A program made the position numbers and the translations under genes. This document shows, piece after piece, positions 29,844 through 39,304 of a DNA stretch of 64,000 nt. The DNA lies in the NCBI GenBank assembly GCA_965218435.1, contig CBDCKW010000009.1, positions 3,392,001 through 3,456,000 of the forward strand, in the 5' to 3' direction. Each line of letters opens with the position of its first letter. The first letter of the stretch is position 1. The DNA comes from Truepera sp. GTDB taxonomy: Bacteria > Deinococcota > Deinococci > Deinococcales > Trueperaceae. A model generated the notes under the pieces. That model ran no database searches, was not told the DNA's origin, and saw only the letters and a list, made by a program, of their open reading frames with translations.

Positions 29844-30453
29844 GCTGGTTTTGACGACGCTCAGGGCCGAACATGCGGCGGGGCTCGAGCAACTCCAAAT
29901 CGCCTGTTTCCCAACGCTTGCCCCTCATGAGTGGATGCGCCGAGAGCACTTCCTAAGTCACGCTAAGCTCTTTCCTGAAGGCAACTTTGTCGTGTTAGAC
30001 GGTGAGAAGGTCGTCGGACTCGGGTCGGGGTTTTTGACCGACTTTGATTTTACGGCGAAACATACCTTTTGGGAAACGGTTTCTGGAGGCTTTTACACGC
30101 GCCACGACCCGAACGGCGCGTGGTACTACGGCGGCGACATCAGCGTACATCCGGAGTACCGGAGTTTCGGCCTCGGGCGCAAACTTTACGACGCGCGTAA
30201 AGAGGTCGTGAAACGGCTGGAGCGGCGGGGCATCGTTGCAGGAGGGATGCTGCCGGGGTACGCGGCGCACAAATCGGCGCTGAGTGTTCACGACTACGTT
30301 CAAAAAGTCGTTGCCGGTGAGCTGAGCGACCCGACGCTCAGCTTTCAGCTTAAAAACGGGTTTGAAGTGCGCGGACTGCTGGAAAACTATCTGGACGATG
30401 AAGCTTCAGATGGATGGGCAACGCTGATTGTCTGGGAAAATCCAGACATGTAG
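29824..30453 (+). CDS. GNAT-family acetyltransferase (YkwB-like)
   Basis: VHPEYRSFGLGRKLYDARK, DPTLSFQLKNGF, C-terminal WENP; ATG overlaps the end of the C45 gene. Confidence 0.85.
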   Translation: MSTSASELVLTTLRAEHAAGLEQLQIACFPTLAPHEWMRREHFLSHAKLFPEGNFVVLDGEKVVGLGSGFLTDFDFTAKHTFWETVSGGFYTRHDPNGAWYYGGDISVHPEYRSFGLGRKLYDARKEVVKRLERRGIVAGGMLPGYAAHKSALSVHDYVQKVVAGELSDPTLSFQLKNGFEVRGLLENYLDDEASDGWATLIVWENPDM

Positions 30454-30482
30454 CTCTGAAACGTTAGGGTGACGGCTCATGC

Positions 30483-31091
30483 TTACCGCTTTGCACTAAC
30501 CGCGTACCGCTCGTCACTGACTTCGCCACCCCACAAATCTTGAATAGGACTCAGCTCAATAACCTCTACAGCTTTGAACTTTTCGGGGAGCATACTGACA
30601 ACTTCTTTTGCCTTTAAGCCTGCGCCCGTTGTCCAGGAGCCTTCAATCAGAAACATCTCACCCGCTGGCGTCAACAGATCGGCCCAGCGTTTTAACACCT
30701 CTTTAGGCTCGGGCAACGTCCATAAGATGTGACGACAAATTACGTAATCAAATCTTCCTTTGGCGACTGCGGGCTGGGCTGCGTCCATCACTCTAAAGTC
30801 AATAACTACGCCGCGCTGCTTCGCCTTTGCTCTAGCTAATTCAATCATTTTAGGTGAGCAGTCAATACCAACGACTGTATGCCCAGCTTGGGCCAGCAAC
30901 ACGCTGATTGAGCCTGTGCCACACCCTATATCAACAATCTTTGCTTTTGGCTTCGTTAGCCACTGGTCTAATAGGCTCTTCCAAGCCTTTTCTGTGTCAG
31001 GTTGAGCCATACCATGATCTGGCTGCTCATCAAATGAGGCAGCCTCTTCGTCCCACACATAGCGAGTTTGGGTTAAGTAATCTTCTTCCAT
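30483..31091 (-). CDS. Class I SAM-dependent methyltransferase
   Basis: DIGCGTG, GIDCSPKMI, FDYVICRHILW; AT-richer than the flanks. Confidence 0.9.
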   Translation of the reverse strand: MEEDYLTQTRYVWDEEAASFDEQPDHGMAQPDTEKAWKSLLDQWLTKPKAKIVDIGCGTGSISVLLAQAGHTVVGIDCSPKMIELARAKAKQRGVVIDFRVMDAAQPAVAKGRFDYVICRHILWTLPEPKEVLKRWADLLTPAGEMFLIEGSWTTGAGLKAKEVVSMLPEKFKAVEVIELSPIQDLWGGEVSDERYAVSAKR

Positions 31092-31198
31092 TAAAACAGC
31101 TTAGCAAATGAACCGGTCATATTAAGAGTTAGTGCCTGACTCTGCTTACTGCCTGCTCTCAGTCCACCACCCAAGGATTACCCTGCTAAAGTACAAGG

Positions 31199-31672
31199 GT
31201 GAAGCCCAGTGTGTATATTGAGACCACCGTCATCAGCTACTTAACGTCAAAACCGAGCCGTGACCTGATTATCGCGGCGCAACAGCAAATCACGACAGAC
31301 TGGTGGGACTCTGTGCGCTCTGAAGTAGACTGTTATGTATCTCCCTTTGGGATTCAGGAGGTGTCGCGTGGTGATAAAAGCCAAATAGAGCTTCGCCGTA
31401 CGGTCATTCGTGACATGTCTGTACTTGCCCTTAACGAAGTTATAAGGGAGCTGGCAGCCAAGTACGTTTCGGCACTTGGGTTGCCCGAACGAGCGACGCT
31501 CGACGCCTTCCACCTTGCTGTTGCCTCTTAGTACAACGTGGACTACGTGCTGAGTTGGAACTGCAAACACATTGCCAGCGGACGCGTTCAAAAAGTTTTG
31601 CAAAACCTCAACCGGAGTTTAGACATTCACACACCCGTTTTATGTACACCCCAAGAACTTATGGAGGTTTGA
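31199..31672 (+). pseudogene. PIN-domain (VapC-like) protein with an in-frame TAG at 31529-31531
   Basis: VYIETTVISYL...DAFHLAVAS*YNVDYVLSWNCKHIA...CTPQEL; the frame continues past the stop to TGA 31670-31672. Confidence 0.85.
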
Positions 31673-31673
31673 A

Positions 31674-31853
31674 ATGTGGGAAGACGCAATCGTTAAAGAG
31701 GTTCGTAAAGTACGCCTCGAGCTCGAAAAAGAAGCCGATTACGATGTGTCAACGCTCTACCAACGGGCGCTCGAGGTTCAAAATAAGGTCAAAGCAAAAC
31801 TCGTTTTGGAACCGCTACCTAAACTAGCGATCACTACTCCAAATCGGGTTTGA
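31674..31853 (+). CDS. Small partner protein of the PIN gene (putative antitoxin); absent from the ORF track
   Basis: 59 aa MWEDAIVKEVRKVR...; GGAGG RBS; starts 1 nt after the PIN stop; ends inside the GNAT-end repeat. Confidence 0.7.
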   Translation: MWEDAIVKEVRKVRLELEKEADYDVSTLYQRALEVQNKVKAKLVLEPLPKLAITTPNRV

Positions 31854-31932
31854 GGTGCGCGGGCTTTTGGAAAACTACTTGGACGATGAAGCTTCGGACG
31901 GTTGGGCGACGCCGAGTGTTTAGGAGAATCCA
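31846..31932 (+). repeat. Diverged copy 2 of the GNAT 3' end (matches 30358-30444)
   Basis: 72/87 nt identical by manual alignment; 12 of the 15 differences are synonymous. Confidence 0.92.
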
Positions 31933-31934
31933 AG

Positions 31935-32240
31935 TCAAGTCGCGTGAACATAAACTTTGACATCGGACTCGAGTCTGTCACCAAGCTGGTCTTGTGCCAA
32001 GTCAAGGTCATAATCGGTCTGTAAACCGAGCCAAAACTGAGGTGACATGCCGAAGTAACGCGCCAAGCGTAGCGCCGTATCAGCCGTTACGGAACGTTTT
32101 TTAAGCACGATCTCGTTTATCCGACGCGCACTTATACCTAAGCCGTTAGCAAGCTGATTCTGGCTGAGGTTCATGGGTTTAAGGAACTCTTCTAAAAGCA
32201 CTTCGCCGGGGTGAACCGGGGCAAGTTTGTCTACCATCAT
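31935..32240 (-). CDS. higA: HigA-family antitoxin
   Basis: HPGEVLLEEFL, RINEIV.KKRSVTADTALRLARYFG.SPQFWLGLQ. Confidence 0.95.
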   Translation of the reverse strand: MMVDKLAPVHPGEVLLEEFLKPMNLSQNQLANGLGISARRINEIVLKKRSVTADTALRLARYFGMSPQFWLGLQTDYDLDLAQDQLGDRLESDVKVYVHAT

Positions 32241-32253
32241 GATCTCCTCTCAC

Positions 32254-32535
32254 TTAGTGGTAATCAATGATCTCTACGTCAGCAGCGTCGCCGTCATCCC
32301 AAACAAAGCAAATACGCCACTGCTTATTGATACGGATGCTGTGTTGCCCCGCACGGACGCCTTGAAGTTTTTCAAGACGGTTAGCAGGAGGTACCCGCAG
32401 GTCAGTCAAAGTCTTAGCGTTGCTGAGCATTCGCAGTTTGCGTAAAGCGAGCTGCTGAATCTCGGAAGGGAGCTTACGAGAACGTTGCCGGTGATAAATC
32501 TTCTCTGCTTCTTTACTCTTAAAAGATTTGATCAC
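32254..32535 (-). CDS. higB: HigB-family (RelE-like) toxin
   Basis: IKSFK, DLRVPPANRLEKL.G...GQHSIRINKQWRICF.W, EIIDYH; GTG start 7 nt after TATAAT. Confidence 0.93.
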   Translation of the reverse strand: MIKSFKSKEAEKIYHRQRSRKLPSEIQQLALRKLRMLSNAKTLTDLRVPPANRLEKLQGVRAGQHSIRINKQWRICFVWDDGDAADVEIIDYH

Positions 32536-32546
32536 ACAAAAGATTA

Positions 32547-32561
32547 TAACGTATAACGTTA
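32547..32561. promoter_or_regulatory. Probable HigA operator overlapping the higBA -10 box
   Basis: TAACG-N5-CGTTA dyad adjoining the minus-strand TATAAT (32543-32548). Confidence 0.6.
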
Positions 32562-32619
32562 AACGCCACATGTAACTTAAACGGGTAAGGAAAGTGTCTG
32601 ACAACCCGAGTCCGGAAGC

Positions 32620-32664
32620 GACGAAACTTCAGATGGATGGGCAACGCTGATTGGTTGGGAGAAT
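32620..32664 (+). repeat. Copy 3 of the GNAT 3' end (matches 30397-30441)
   Basis: 40/45 nt identical, including the exact run CTTCAGATGGATGGGCAACGCTGATTG. Confidence 0.9.
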
Positions 32665-32683
32665 TTGAATTACAATAGGCTTA

Positions 32684-33403
32684 ATGATAGACAAGGCTCA
32701 CATTCTTAATGAATTAAAGCGAGTTACAGATTCTGGCAATGGCGTTGTGCCGGGACAGCAAAAGTTTTTTAATGAAACTGGAATAAAGCAGTCAGACTGG
32801 TATGGAAAGTTTTGGGCAAGATGGAGCGACGCAGTTAAAGAAGCTGGCTATAGCCCAAACCAGCTTCAGAAGTCTTACAGTCATATATTTTTGCTTGAAA
32901 ATTTGCTCGCACTTACCCGTGAGTTGGGACAGTTCCCAACCAGAGGTGATTTGCGACTTAAAGCAAAAACTGATTCCAGTTTCCCCAGTCACAACACTTT
33001 TGGCAATCTAGGCAGCAAGAAAGAAATAATTCGTAAACTGATTGAGTTCTGCGAACAGCACGGCAACCTTGAAGACGTGGCAGAAATCTGCAAACCTTTA
33101 GTTTCTGTGGCGGAACCTAGACAGAGCGTTCAAGAAATTTCAGAAGACTTTGGTTACGTTTACCTGATGAAATCAGGCCGCTTCTACAAAATTGGCAAAA
33201 GTAGTTCAGTAGGGAGAAGGCATTACGAATTATCTATACAGCTTCCCGAAAAACTTTCTGTTGTACACAAGCTCATAACGGATGACCCTTCAGGAATCGA
33301 GTCCTATTGGCACAAGCGTTTTGAAAGTAAACGGAAGAACGGTGAGTGGTTTGAGCTTTCCCAACAGGATATCAAAGCATTTAAGCGCCGTAAATTCATG
33401 TAG
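32684..33403 (+). CDS. GIY-YIG / T5orf172-like nuclease-domain protein
   Basis: C-terminal GYVYLMK...YKIGKS...E..WH.RF..KR.NGEWF; AT-rich. Confidence 0.8.
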   Translation: MIDKAHILNELKRVTDSGNGVVPGQQKFFNETGIKQSDWYGKFWARWSDAVKEAGYSPNQLQKSYSHIFLLENLLALTRELGQFPTRGDLRLKAKTDSSFPSHNTFGNLGSKKEIIRKLIEFCEQHGNLEDVAEICKPLVSVAEPRQSVQEISEDFGYVYLMKSGRFYKIGKSSSVGRRHYELSIQLPEKLSVVHKLITDDPSGIESYWHKRFESKRKNGEWFELSQQDIKAFKRRKFM

Positions 33404-33445
33404 AAGGTTGGCTCTCAATCTATCCTGAAAGCAATTTGGTCTTGC

Positions 33446-34339
33446 TCATTCTCCGCGCCGCTGCATCACCAGAGACACCGCGACGAGCACTATCGAAACC
33501 AAAATCATCAACGCCGACACCGCGTTGATTTCCGGCGGCACGCGCTGCTTTAAGAGCCCGTAAACAAAGAGCGGCAGCGTCGTCGTCCCAACGCCCGCCG
33601 TAAAAAAGGTCACCACGAAGTCGTCTAAAGAAATCGTAAAGGCTAAGAGTGCGCCGCCTAAAATCCCCGGTACGAGCGCCGGAAAGGTGATGTGCCAGAA
33701 GGTTTGGAGGTGATTGGCACCGAGGTCTCGAGCGGCTTCCTCGAGCGTTCCGTCCATTGTTGCCAGCCGCGCCCGCACCACGACGGCGACGTAGGCGATG
33801 TTAAAGGCGATGTGTGCGATGATGATGGTGGCAAAGCCGCTCACCAGCCGTACCCCGAACAGGTTTTGCACGAGCGCAAAAAAGGTGTTGAAAAAGACTG
33901 CGAGCGCCACCCCTTGCGTGATGTCGGGAATGATTACCGGCAGGTAAAAAAGTGCGTCGAACACCCGTTTACCGGGAAAGTCGCCGCGCGCCACGGCGAG
34001 CGCAAACAGCGTCCCGATGATTGTAGACATTACCGTCGAGATAGCCCCGACAATGAGCGAATTACGGACGGCGTTTAAGAGCTGCGCCGACTGAAAGCTG
34101 AGCCCGTCCGCGCCGCCGCCCAATAAGTTTTGATACCACCGCAGGGTAAAGCCGCGCCACACCGAGATAGACTCGGCGTTGTTAAACGAGTAGACGACCA
34201 AAACCAGAATCGGCACCCAAAGAAAGATGTAGGTCAACATAGGAATCAACCACAATCCGAAACGTCCGACCCGGCGTACAGAGAGGTCTCTCGACAATTT
34301 GCCTTGATTGAGGTCGGTCGCTTTGGCCGCTTTGGTCAC
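33446..34339 (-). CDS. potC: Polyamine ABC transporter permease (PotC-like)
   Basis: YSFN...W.GFTLRWY, LEEAARDLGA, SLDDFVVTFF, PEINA. Confidence 0.88.
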   Translation of the reverse strand: MTKAAKATDLNQGKLSRDLSVRRVGRFGLWLIPMLTYIFLWVPILVLVVYSFNNAESISVWRGFTLRWYQNLLGGGADGLSFQSAQLLNAVRNSLIVGAISTVMSTIIGTLFALAVARGDFPGKRVFDALFYLPVIIPDITQGVALAVFFNTFFALVQNLFGVRLVSGFATIIIAHIAFNIAYVAVVVRARLATMDGTLEEAARDLGANHLQTFWHITFPALVPGILGGALLAFTISLDDFVVTFFTAGVGTTTLPLFVYGLLKQRVPPEINAVSALMILVSIVLVAVSLVMQRRGE

Positions 34340-34340
34340 C

Positions 34341-35243
34341 TTAGTCCCGCCGTTCGCCGTAGCGCGTATAGACCAAAAGACCAATCATCACGACGAGCAT
34401 CAAGACAACTGAGATGGCTGAACCGAGCGGGATGTTGCCGCGTCCGCGAAACTGGCCTTGAATGAGGTTGCCGATCATCAACCCGTGGGTGCCGCCCAAC
34501 AGGTCAGGCGTGACAAATGAGCCGATCGCCGGGATGAAGACGAGCACCGACCCCGCGACGATACCGGGCATCGTTAGAGGCACAATGATACGCCAGAACG
34601 CCTGAAAGTCGTTCGCGCCCAAGTCTCCGGCGGCCTCGACAAAGCGAAAATCGAGGCGTTCGGCGGCGGCGTAAATCGGCAAGACCATAAACGGCACAAA
34701 TCCGTAGACGAGCCCGAGCATCACCGCAAATTGGGTGTTGAGCATGGTCAGCGGTTCGGAAATGACGCCGAGGCTTAAAAAGAGCGCATTTAGCGGGCCT
34801 TCGCGCCCCAAAATGGTTTGCAGTGCGTAGGTGCGAACTAAAAAGTTTGTCCAAAAAGGTAAGAGAATCAAAAAGAGCAGAAACTGCCGAGTTCTTGGAT
34901 TTGGGCGTGTACTGATAAAAAACGCGACGGGAAACCCAAGGAGCAAGCAGAGCAGCGTCGTAAAAAGAGAAAAGTAGAGTGTCCGCCAGATAACCGGCCA
35001 AAAGACGTCAAAGGTGCGGGTGTAGTTTTCCAGCGTGACCGGGGCGACGGGTGCGCCTCCGGTGCCCCGGGTAAAAAAGCTCGAGACCAGCACGAACACC
35101 AGCGGGACCAGAAAAAAGATGATCAGCCAAAAAAGACCGGGGAGCGCGAGGAGAAAGCTCGAGCCGCGTCCGGTTTTTGTTCCTCTGGCCACACCTACTC
35201 CCAACACATCGAAGAGGTCCACGCCGAAGCGTTGCGCCAGCAT
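34341..35243 (-). CDS. potB: Polyamine ABC transporter permease (PotB-like); true start may be GTG 35192
   Basis: LPFWTNFLVRTYA, PFMVLPIY, EAAGDLGA, LVFIPAIG.FVTPDLLGG. Confidence 0.88.
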   Translation of the reverse strand: MLAQRFGVDLFDVLGVGVARGTKTGRGSSFLLALPGLFWLIIFFLVPLVFVLVSSFFTRGTGGAPVAPVTLENYTRTFDVFWPVIWRTLYFSLFTTLLCLLLGFPVAFFISTRPNPRTRQFLLFLILLPFWTNFLVRTYALQTILGREGPLNALFLSLGVISEPLTMLNTQFAVMLGLVYGFVPFMVLPIYAAAERLDFRFVEAAGDLGANDFQAFWRIIVPLTMPGIVAGSVLVFIPAIGSFVTPDLLGGTHGLMIGNLIQGQFRGRGNIPLGSAISVVLMLVVMIGLLVYTRYGERRD

Positions 35244-35269
35244 ACCGCAAGTGGTCTGTAAAGGGTGCG

Positions 35270-35902
35270 CTAAGGGGATTTTTGGAGGCGCTGCGCTCGT
35301 AGTGCGTCAATCAGTGGGCGCAGCGCGTCGGTTCTAAGTTTGAGTGCCGCGCGGTTGACCACAAACCGGGCCGAAGAGTGGAGGATGACCTCGAGCTCTT
35401 CTAAATCGTTCGCCCGTAAGGTGCTGCCGGTCTCGACAATATCTACTACGGCGTCGGCCAATCCTGCCAGACACGCCAGCTCGACGTTGCCTGCCAGCTT
35501 AATCACTTCCGCGCTGAGGCCACGCTGCCGCAGATAATCACGAGTCGTACGCGGATACTTTGAGGCAATCCGCCGCACCGGGCCACGCGCACCCACGGGC
35601 CGAATAAGTGACAAACGGCAGCGAGCAAAACCCAAATCTACGGGCTCGTAGACGCTGCGGCCCGACTCTAGGAGCACATCTTTGCCGACAATCCCTGCGT
35701 CCGCCACGCCCAAATCTACATAGGTCGGCACGTCGGTGTTGCGCATCTCGATGATGTGAGCGCCGCCCGCGTCGTACTGTAGAGCTCGAGTACCGGGTGG
35801 GTCTCTAAGCTCGAGCCCGGCTGCCCGGAGCAGCGCCAAACTCTGCTGCATCACGCGCCCTTTGGGGAGGGCCAAGGTAAGTGTGACGCCTGACTTAAGC
35901 AC
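35270..35902 (-). CDS. hisG: ATP phosphoribosyltransferase, short form
   Basis: [37 protein letters not shown]. Confidence 0.95.
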   Translation of the reverse strand: MLKSGVTLTLALPKGRVMQQSLALLRAAGLELRDPPGTRALQYDAGGAHIIEMRNTDVPTYVDLGVADAGIVGKDVLLESGRSVYEPVDLGFARCRLSLIRPVGARGPVRRIASKYPRTTRDYLRQRGLSAEVIKLAGNVELACLAGLADAVVDIVETGSTLRANDLEELEVILHSSARFVVNRAALKLRTDALRPLIDALRAQRLQKSP

Positions 35903-37055
35903 GTTCGAGTCCTAATAATTCGCTCAGCCCTTCAAATTCGGGGCGTTCAGAGGTGAGGGGCTCGAGGTGACCTTCCAGCAATAGATAGGGAATCCCCCTA
36001 GCCCGCGCGTGAGCTCGCAGCTCGTTTACATCATCGGTCAAGGCCCGCTCGACGCGGTAACCCGCCGTCCGTAAACGTCGCGCCAGGTCGTCATCTAAAC
36101 TTACAGCAATTGGCGGTGCGTCGCCGGTGACACCGGGCAGGGCCGATAAAAGGCGCTCCAAACCAATCGCAAACCCCGCCGCAAAGGGCAACAGCGCCCC
36201 GTCGTAACGGCCCCCGCCGAGGAGCGGTTGCCCGAAGTCAAAGGTGTACGCGCGAAAAGTGACGCCCGTGTAGTACGACAGCCGCCGCGCCATGCCGAGG
36301 TCTAAGAGGAGTTCGCTGCTATCTTCAAACTCGGTTAGGACGGCCTCTAAGTGGTCACAAGCCGCTGCCGTCTCCGGCCACGGCGCGAGCCGCCGCGCCT
36401 CGTCCAGGACGCGCACACCGCCGTAAAGGTCAGGAACACTGAGGAGCGCCTTTTCCAAGTCGGGGGCTAAGGCAAGCGGGTCCAAGAGTGCTCGTAACGT
36501 CGCCGGGTCTTTGCGGTCAACCGCGTCAGCAGCCATATTCTGCACGGCAACCGGCAGTTCAGCAAGCTTAAACAGCTGCCGGACAAAGCCTGGATTGCCC
36601 ACTTCGACGCGGGGCGCTAGGCCCACGGCCCGCACCGCTTCACGCGCCAGATGAATCAGTTCAGCGTCGGCGCGGACCCCGCTGACGCCGATAAGCTCGA
36701 GCCCGACCTGCGTAAACTCCCGCGTCCGGGCGATGTCCGGGACGACCGTGCGCCAGAGCCCGCCGCTATATTGCAACCGCAAAGGGCCTTGCTGCTCAGC
36801 TTGGTTAAACCGCACCAGTTTAGCTAAAGCGTAGGTATAGTCCGAACGCAGCGCCAGAAGCTCACCCTCCGGCCCCGTCAGTTTGAATGAACGTTCTGCA
36901 ACTGGATGACGGGGGTCAAAGCGTTCCAATACCGGTACCGCGACGTGTTCGTAGCCCCAGCTCGAGAACAGCGCCCGCAGCGTCCCGACGGCCCGGACCC
37001 GCGCCGCACTTTCAGACGCGTGCGCGTAGCGGGTACCTTCGGGGGGAGTGCTCAC
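35895..37055 (-). CDS. hisZ: ATP phosphoribosyltransferase regulatory subunit
   Basis: HisRS-like [29 protein letters not shown]; overlaps short hisG. Confidence 0.92.
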   Translation of the reverse strand: MSTPPEGTRYAHASESAARVRAVGTLRALFSSWGYEHVAVPVLERFDPRHPVAERSFKLTGPEGELLALRSDYTYALAKLVRFNQAEQQGPLRLQYSGGLWRTVVPDIARTREFTQVGLELIGVSGVRADAELIHLAREAVRAVGLAPRVEVGNPGFVRQLFKLAELPVAVQNMAADAVDRKDPATLRALLDPLALAPDLEKALLSVPDLYGGVRVLDEARRLAPWPETAAACDHLEAVLTEFEDSSELLLDLGMARRLSYYTGVTFRAYTFDFGQPLLGGGRYDGALLPFAAGFAIGLERLLSALPGVTGDAPPIAVSLDDDLARRLRTAGYRVERALTDDVNELRAHARARGIPYLLLEGHLEPLTSERPEFEGLSELLGLERA

Positions 37056-37274
37056 GTTTTTAAGCGTACCGCGCCCTTTGCAGGTAAGGCTAGCATTTTT
37101 GGAGTTTGGCGCTTACTATAACGGCCTTCCACTTATTGCTCGAGGACGGCATTAATCTAGTGCGAGTGTTCGACGGACGACAAAACATTAGACGCGAATT
37201 TGGAGAATACCGAAACTTCTTCGCTATTCGAGCACAGCAGACTAAAGATTGCAAAGCAGTAAACTCTAATAATA

Positions 37275-37775
37275 ATGGACTACATTTTCATTCATGGTGC
37301 TCCTGGAAGCGGTAAGTCATCTCTAGCTTGGGCACTGCAAGCAAAACTGGAAAGTCCCTGCTTTGAGTTTGGTTGGATTCCAGAATTCCGGATTAAACGA
37401 AACAGTACGATCAGCTATGAAGAGGAAGAAAATCTTGCCTTTGAAAATCTTACATTAGTCATTAAAAACTATGTCCAGCACGGCTTTAGTAATATCTTAG
37501 TGACTGATCTACGAGACCATATTGTCAAACAGCTACCGACGCACTTCAGCTATCATCAATACGTCCTGGTCACACTATATTCAGATGATGAGCAGGCATT
37601 AAAAGCTAGAGTGTTGGATGAATCGCGCTCTAGCAGTTACAGAGATTGGCAAGAGGCGGTGGCGCTAAACACTGAGATTACCAACCGTCCACTCATGAAG
37701 CACGAAGTCAGGCTCGCTAGCGATCAGACCATTGAGGAACTGACTGCAAAAGTGATAGCACTTGTCAGCAACTAG
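37275..37775 (+). CDS. P-loop (AAA/kinase-like) protein
   Basis: N-terminal GAPGSGKS; AT-richer than the flanks. Confidence 0.75.
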   Translation: MDYIFIHGAPGSGKSSLAWALQAKLESPCFEFGWIPEFRIKRNSTISYEEEENLAFENLTLVIKNYVQHGFSNILVTDLRDHIVKQLPTHFSYHQYVLVTLYSDDEQALKARVLDESRSSSYRDWQEAVALNTEITNRPLMKHEVRLASDQTIEELTAKVIALVSN

Positions 37776-37968
37776 CTGGAACCCCTTTCCTGGGAAGTTC
37801 CGAAATCTGGCGCGTCAGAGGCTTAAGATATCTACTCGAGCCCCTCTGCAAGTAGCAAACGCCTTTCGGCAAAACTCCTTCAACTGGGAACAATTATATT
37901 CTCAAGCGTAACGCACACCCTCCATAGCGGCTAGCACCAGGCCACCCATAACCCTTACATTAGAAGAC

Positions 37969-38913
37969 GTGAGCGTCCTACGACCTTTTGCAGAGACCGA
38001 CTACCCCGCTTTTACCGCGCTCTATAACCGCTGCCGTCCCGAAGCGCCGGAGAGTGAAACGTCAATAAGGGCGTTTGACAACGCCTATGCTGACGACGAA
38101 CTGCTCAATCTTGTTGCTTTAGAAGGTGACAAACTCGTCGGCGCGGTCTGGGCGCACCGTGATCAGGCGGGCGAGAGGCAGGTGCGGCTCGACATGCTCG
38201 CTGAGCCCATCATGCCCCTTGCCGAAACGCTCTACCGGGTGGCGCTGGAAAAGCTCGAGCCTTACCATCCCTCAGCCCTGATTGTGCGAGTACGCGAAAA
38301 CTGGACGGACTGGCTGGACTTTTATGACGGCAAAGGTTTTGTTGAACTCGAGCGGATGTGGGAGTCTCGGCTCGAGCTCGCTACCTTCAGCCCCGAAAGA
38401 TTTAAGGAAGCTGCAGCACGTATAGCCGACTCGGGCATCACCCTCGGTACCCTTGCCGACTTGCCCGATACGACCGCAACGCAGCGGCGCTTGTACGGAA
38501 CAATCATCCAACTTCTCAGCGACGTGCCTTTCTATGAACCTCTCAATATCTGGCCTTTTGAGCTATGGCAAAAACGGTTTTGGAGGAATCCGGCACGCCG
38601 CCCTGAAAGCTTCTTTTTGGCGTTTGACGGCAACGATACCGTCGGGGTAAGTGAGTTGCGAACTGCTTCTCGCCCCGGTTGGCTCAGCACCGGCCTTACC
38701 GGAGTTAAACGCACACATCGTCGGCAAGGCGTCGCGCTAGCCCTCAAGGTTCGGGCCGCGCAGTACGCGCAAGCTGCCGGATTCGAGATCATTTCAACGC
38801 AAAACCACACGACGAACCGCGCCATGCTCTCTATTAACGAAGCATTAGGCTTCGTCAAAGAACCCGCGTGGATACGTCTTAAGAAAACTTTTGAGATAGC
38901 GAAAGCAGATTAG
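37969..38913 (+). CDS. Tandem-domain GNAT acetyltransferase
   Basis: TGV...HRRQGVALALK and NRAMLSINEALGF. Confidence 0.85.
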   Translation: MSVLRPFAETDYPAFTALYNRCRPEAPESETSIRAFDNAYADDELLNLVALEGDKLVGAVWAHRDQAGERQVRLDMLAEPIMPLAETLYRVALEKLEPYHPSALIVRVRENWTDWLDFYDGKGFVELERMWESRLELATFSPERFKEAAARIADSGITLGTLADLPDTTATQRRLYGTIIQLLSDVPFYEPLNIWPFELWQKRFWRNPARRPESFFLAFDGNDTVGVSELRTASRPGWLSTGLTGVKRTHRRQGVALALKVRAAQYAQAAGFEIISTQNHTTNRAMLSINEALGFVKEPAWIRLKKTFEIAKAD

Positions 38914-38916
38914 CCT

Positions 38917-39264
38917 CTAACCGAGCGGCGCAGGCCCGTCCCACCCGGCCAAGATATGCACGTGCGTATGAAACACCTCTTGCCCCGCCCCCGGCCCGAC
39001 ATTCACGACCAGCCGGTAGTCCCCTAACCCGTTTGCCCTCGCTGTTTTGACTGCCGCCTCAAAAAGTGCGCCTACGTCATCAGCGCCTTGTGCGTCTAAC
39101 ATCTCGTCCAGGCGCGGGCTGGGTGTTTTAGGAATGACCAACAGGTGAACGGGCGCTTTGGGCGCGACGTCCTTGATGGCGATAAAGTCGTCATCTTCGT
39201 AGACGCGTTCGGCTGGGATGTCGCCGTCAATGATCTTCTCAAAGATACCCTTTTCTTCACGCAT
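38917..39264 (-). CDS. HIT-family nucleotide hydrolase
   Basis: APVHLLVIPK and GQEVFHTHVHIL histidine triad. Confidence 0.93.
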   Translation of the reverse strand: MREEKGIFEKIIDGDIPAERVYEDDDFIAIKDVAPKAPVHLLVIPKTPSPRLDEMLDAQGADDVGALFEAAVKTARANGLGDYRLVVNVGPGAGQEVFHTHVHILAGWDGPAPLG

Positions 39265-39304
39265 AAAAACCTCGTCTCGGCTTTATTCTACAAATTATGA
39301 CAAC

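Noticed and set aside
31529..31531. TAG recoding or read-through in the PIN gene
   Set aside because: TAG serves as a normal stop in many genes here; a single nonsense mutation is simpler
30358..32664. GNAT-tail repeats as the VR/TR pair of a diversity-generating retroelement
   Set aside because: Differences are not adenine-specific, are mostly synonymous third positions, and there is no reverse transcriptase in the window
30454..33445. Classical integron cassette array
   Set aside because: No intI, no attC-like GTTRRRY/RYYYAAC hairpins recognised, and cassettes are in mixed orientation
37106..37260. ORF fragment resembling a ParE/RelE C-terminus (DGINLVRVFDGRQNI)
   Set aside because: Too short and degenerate to call; at most a remnant
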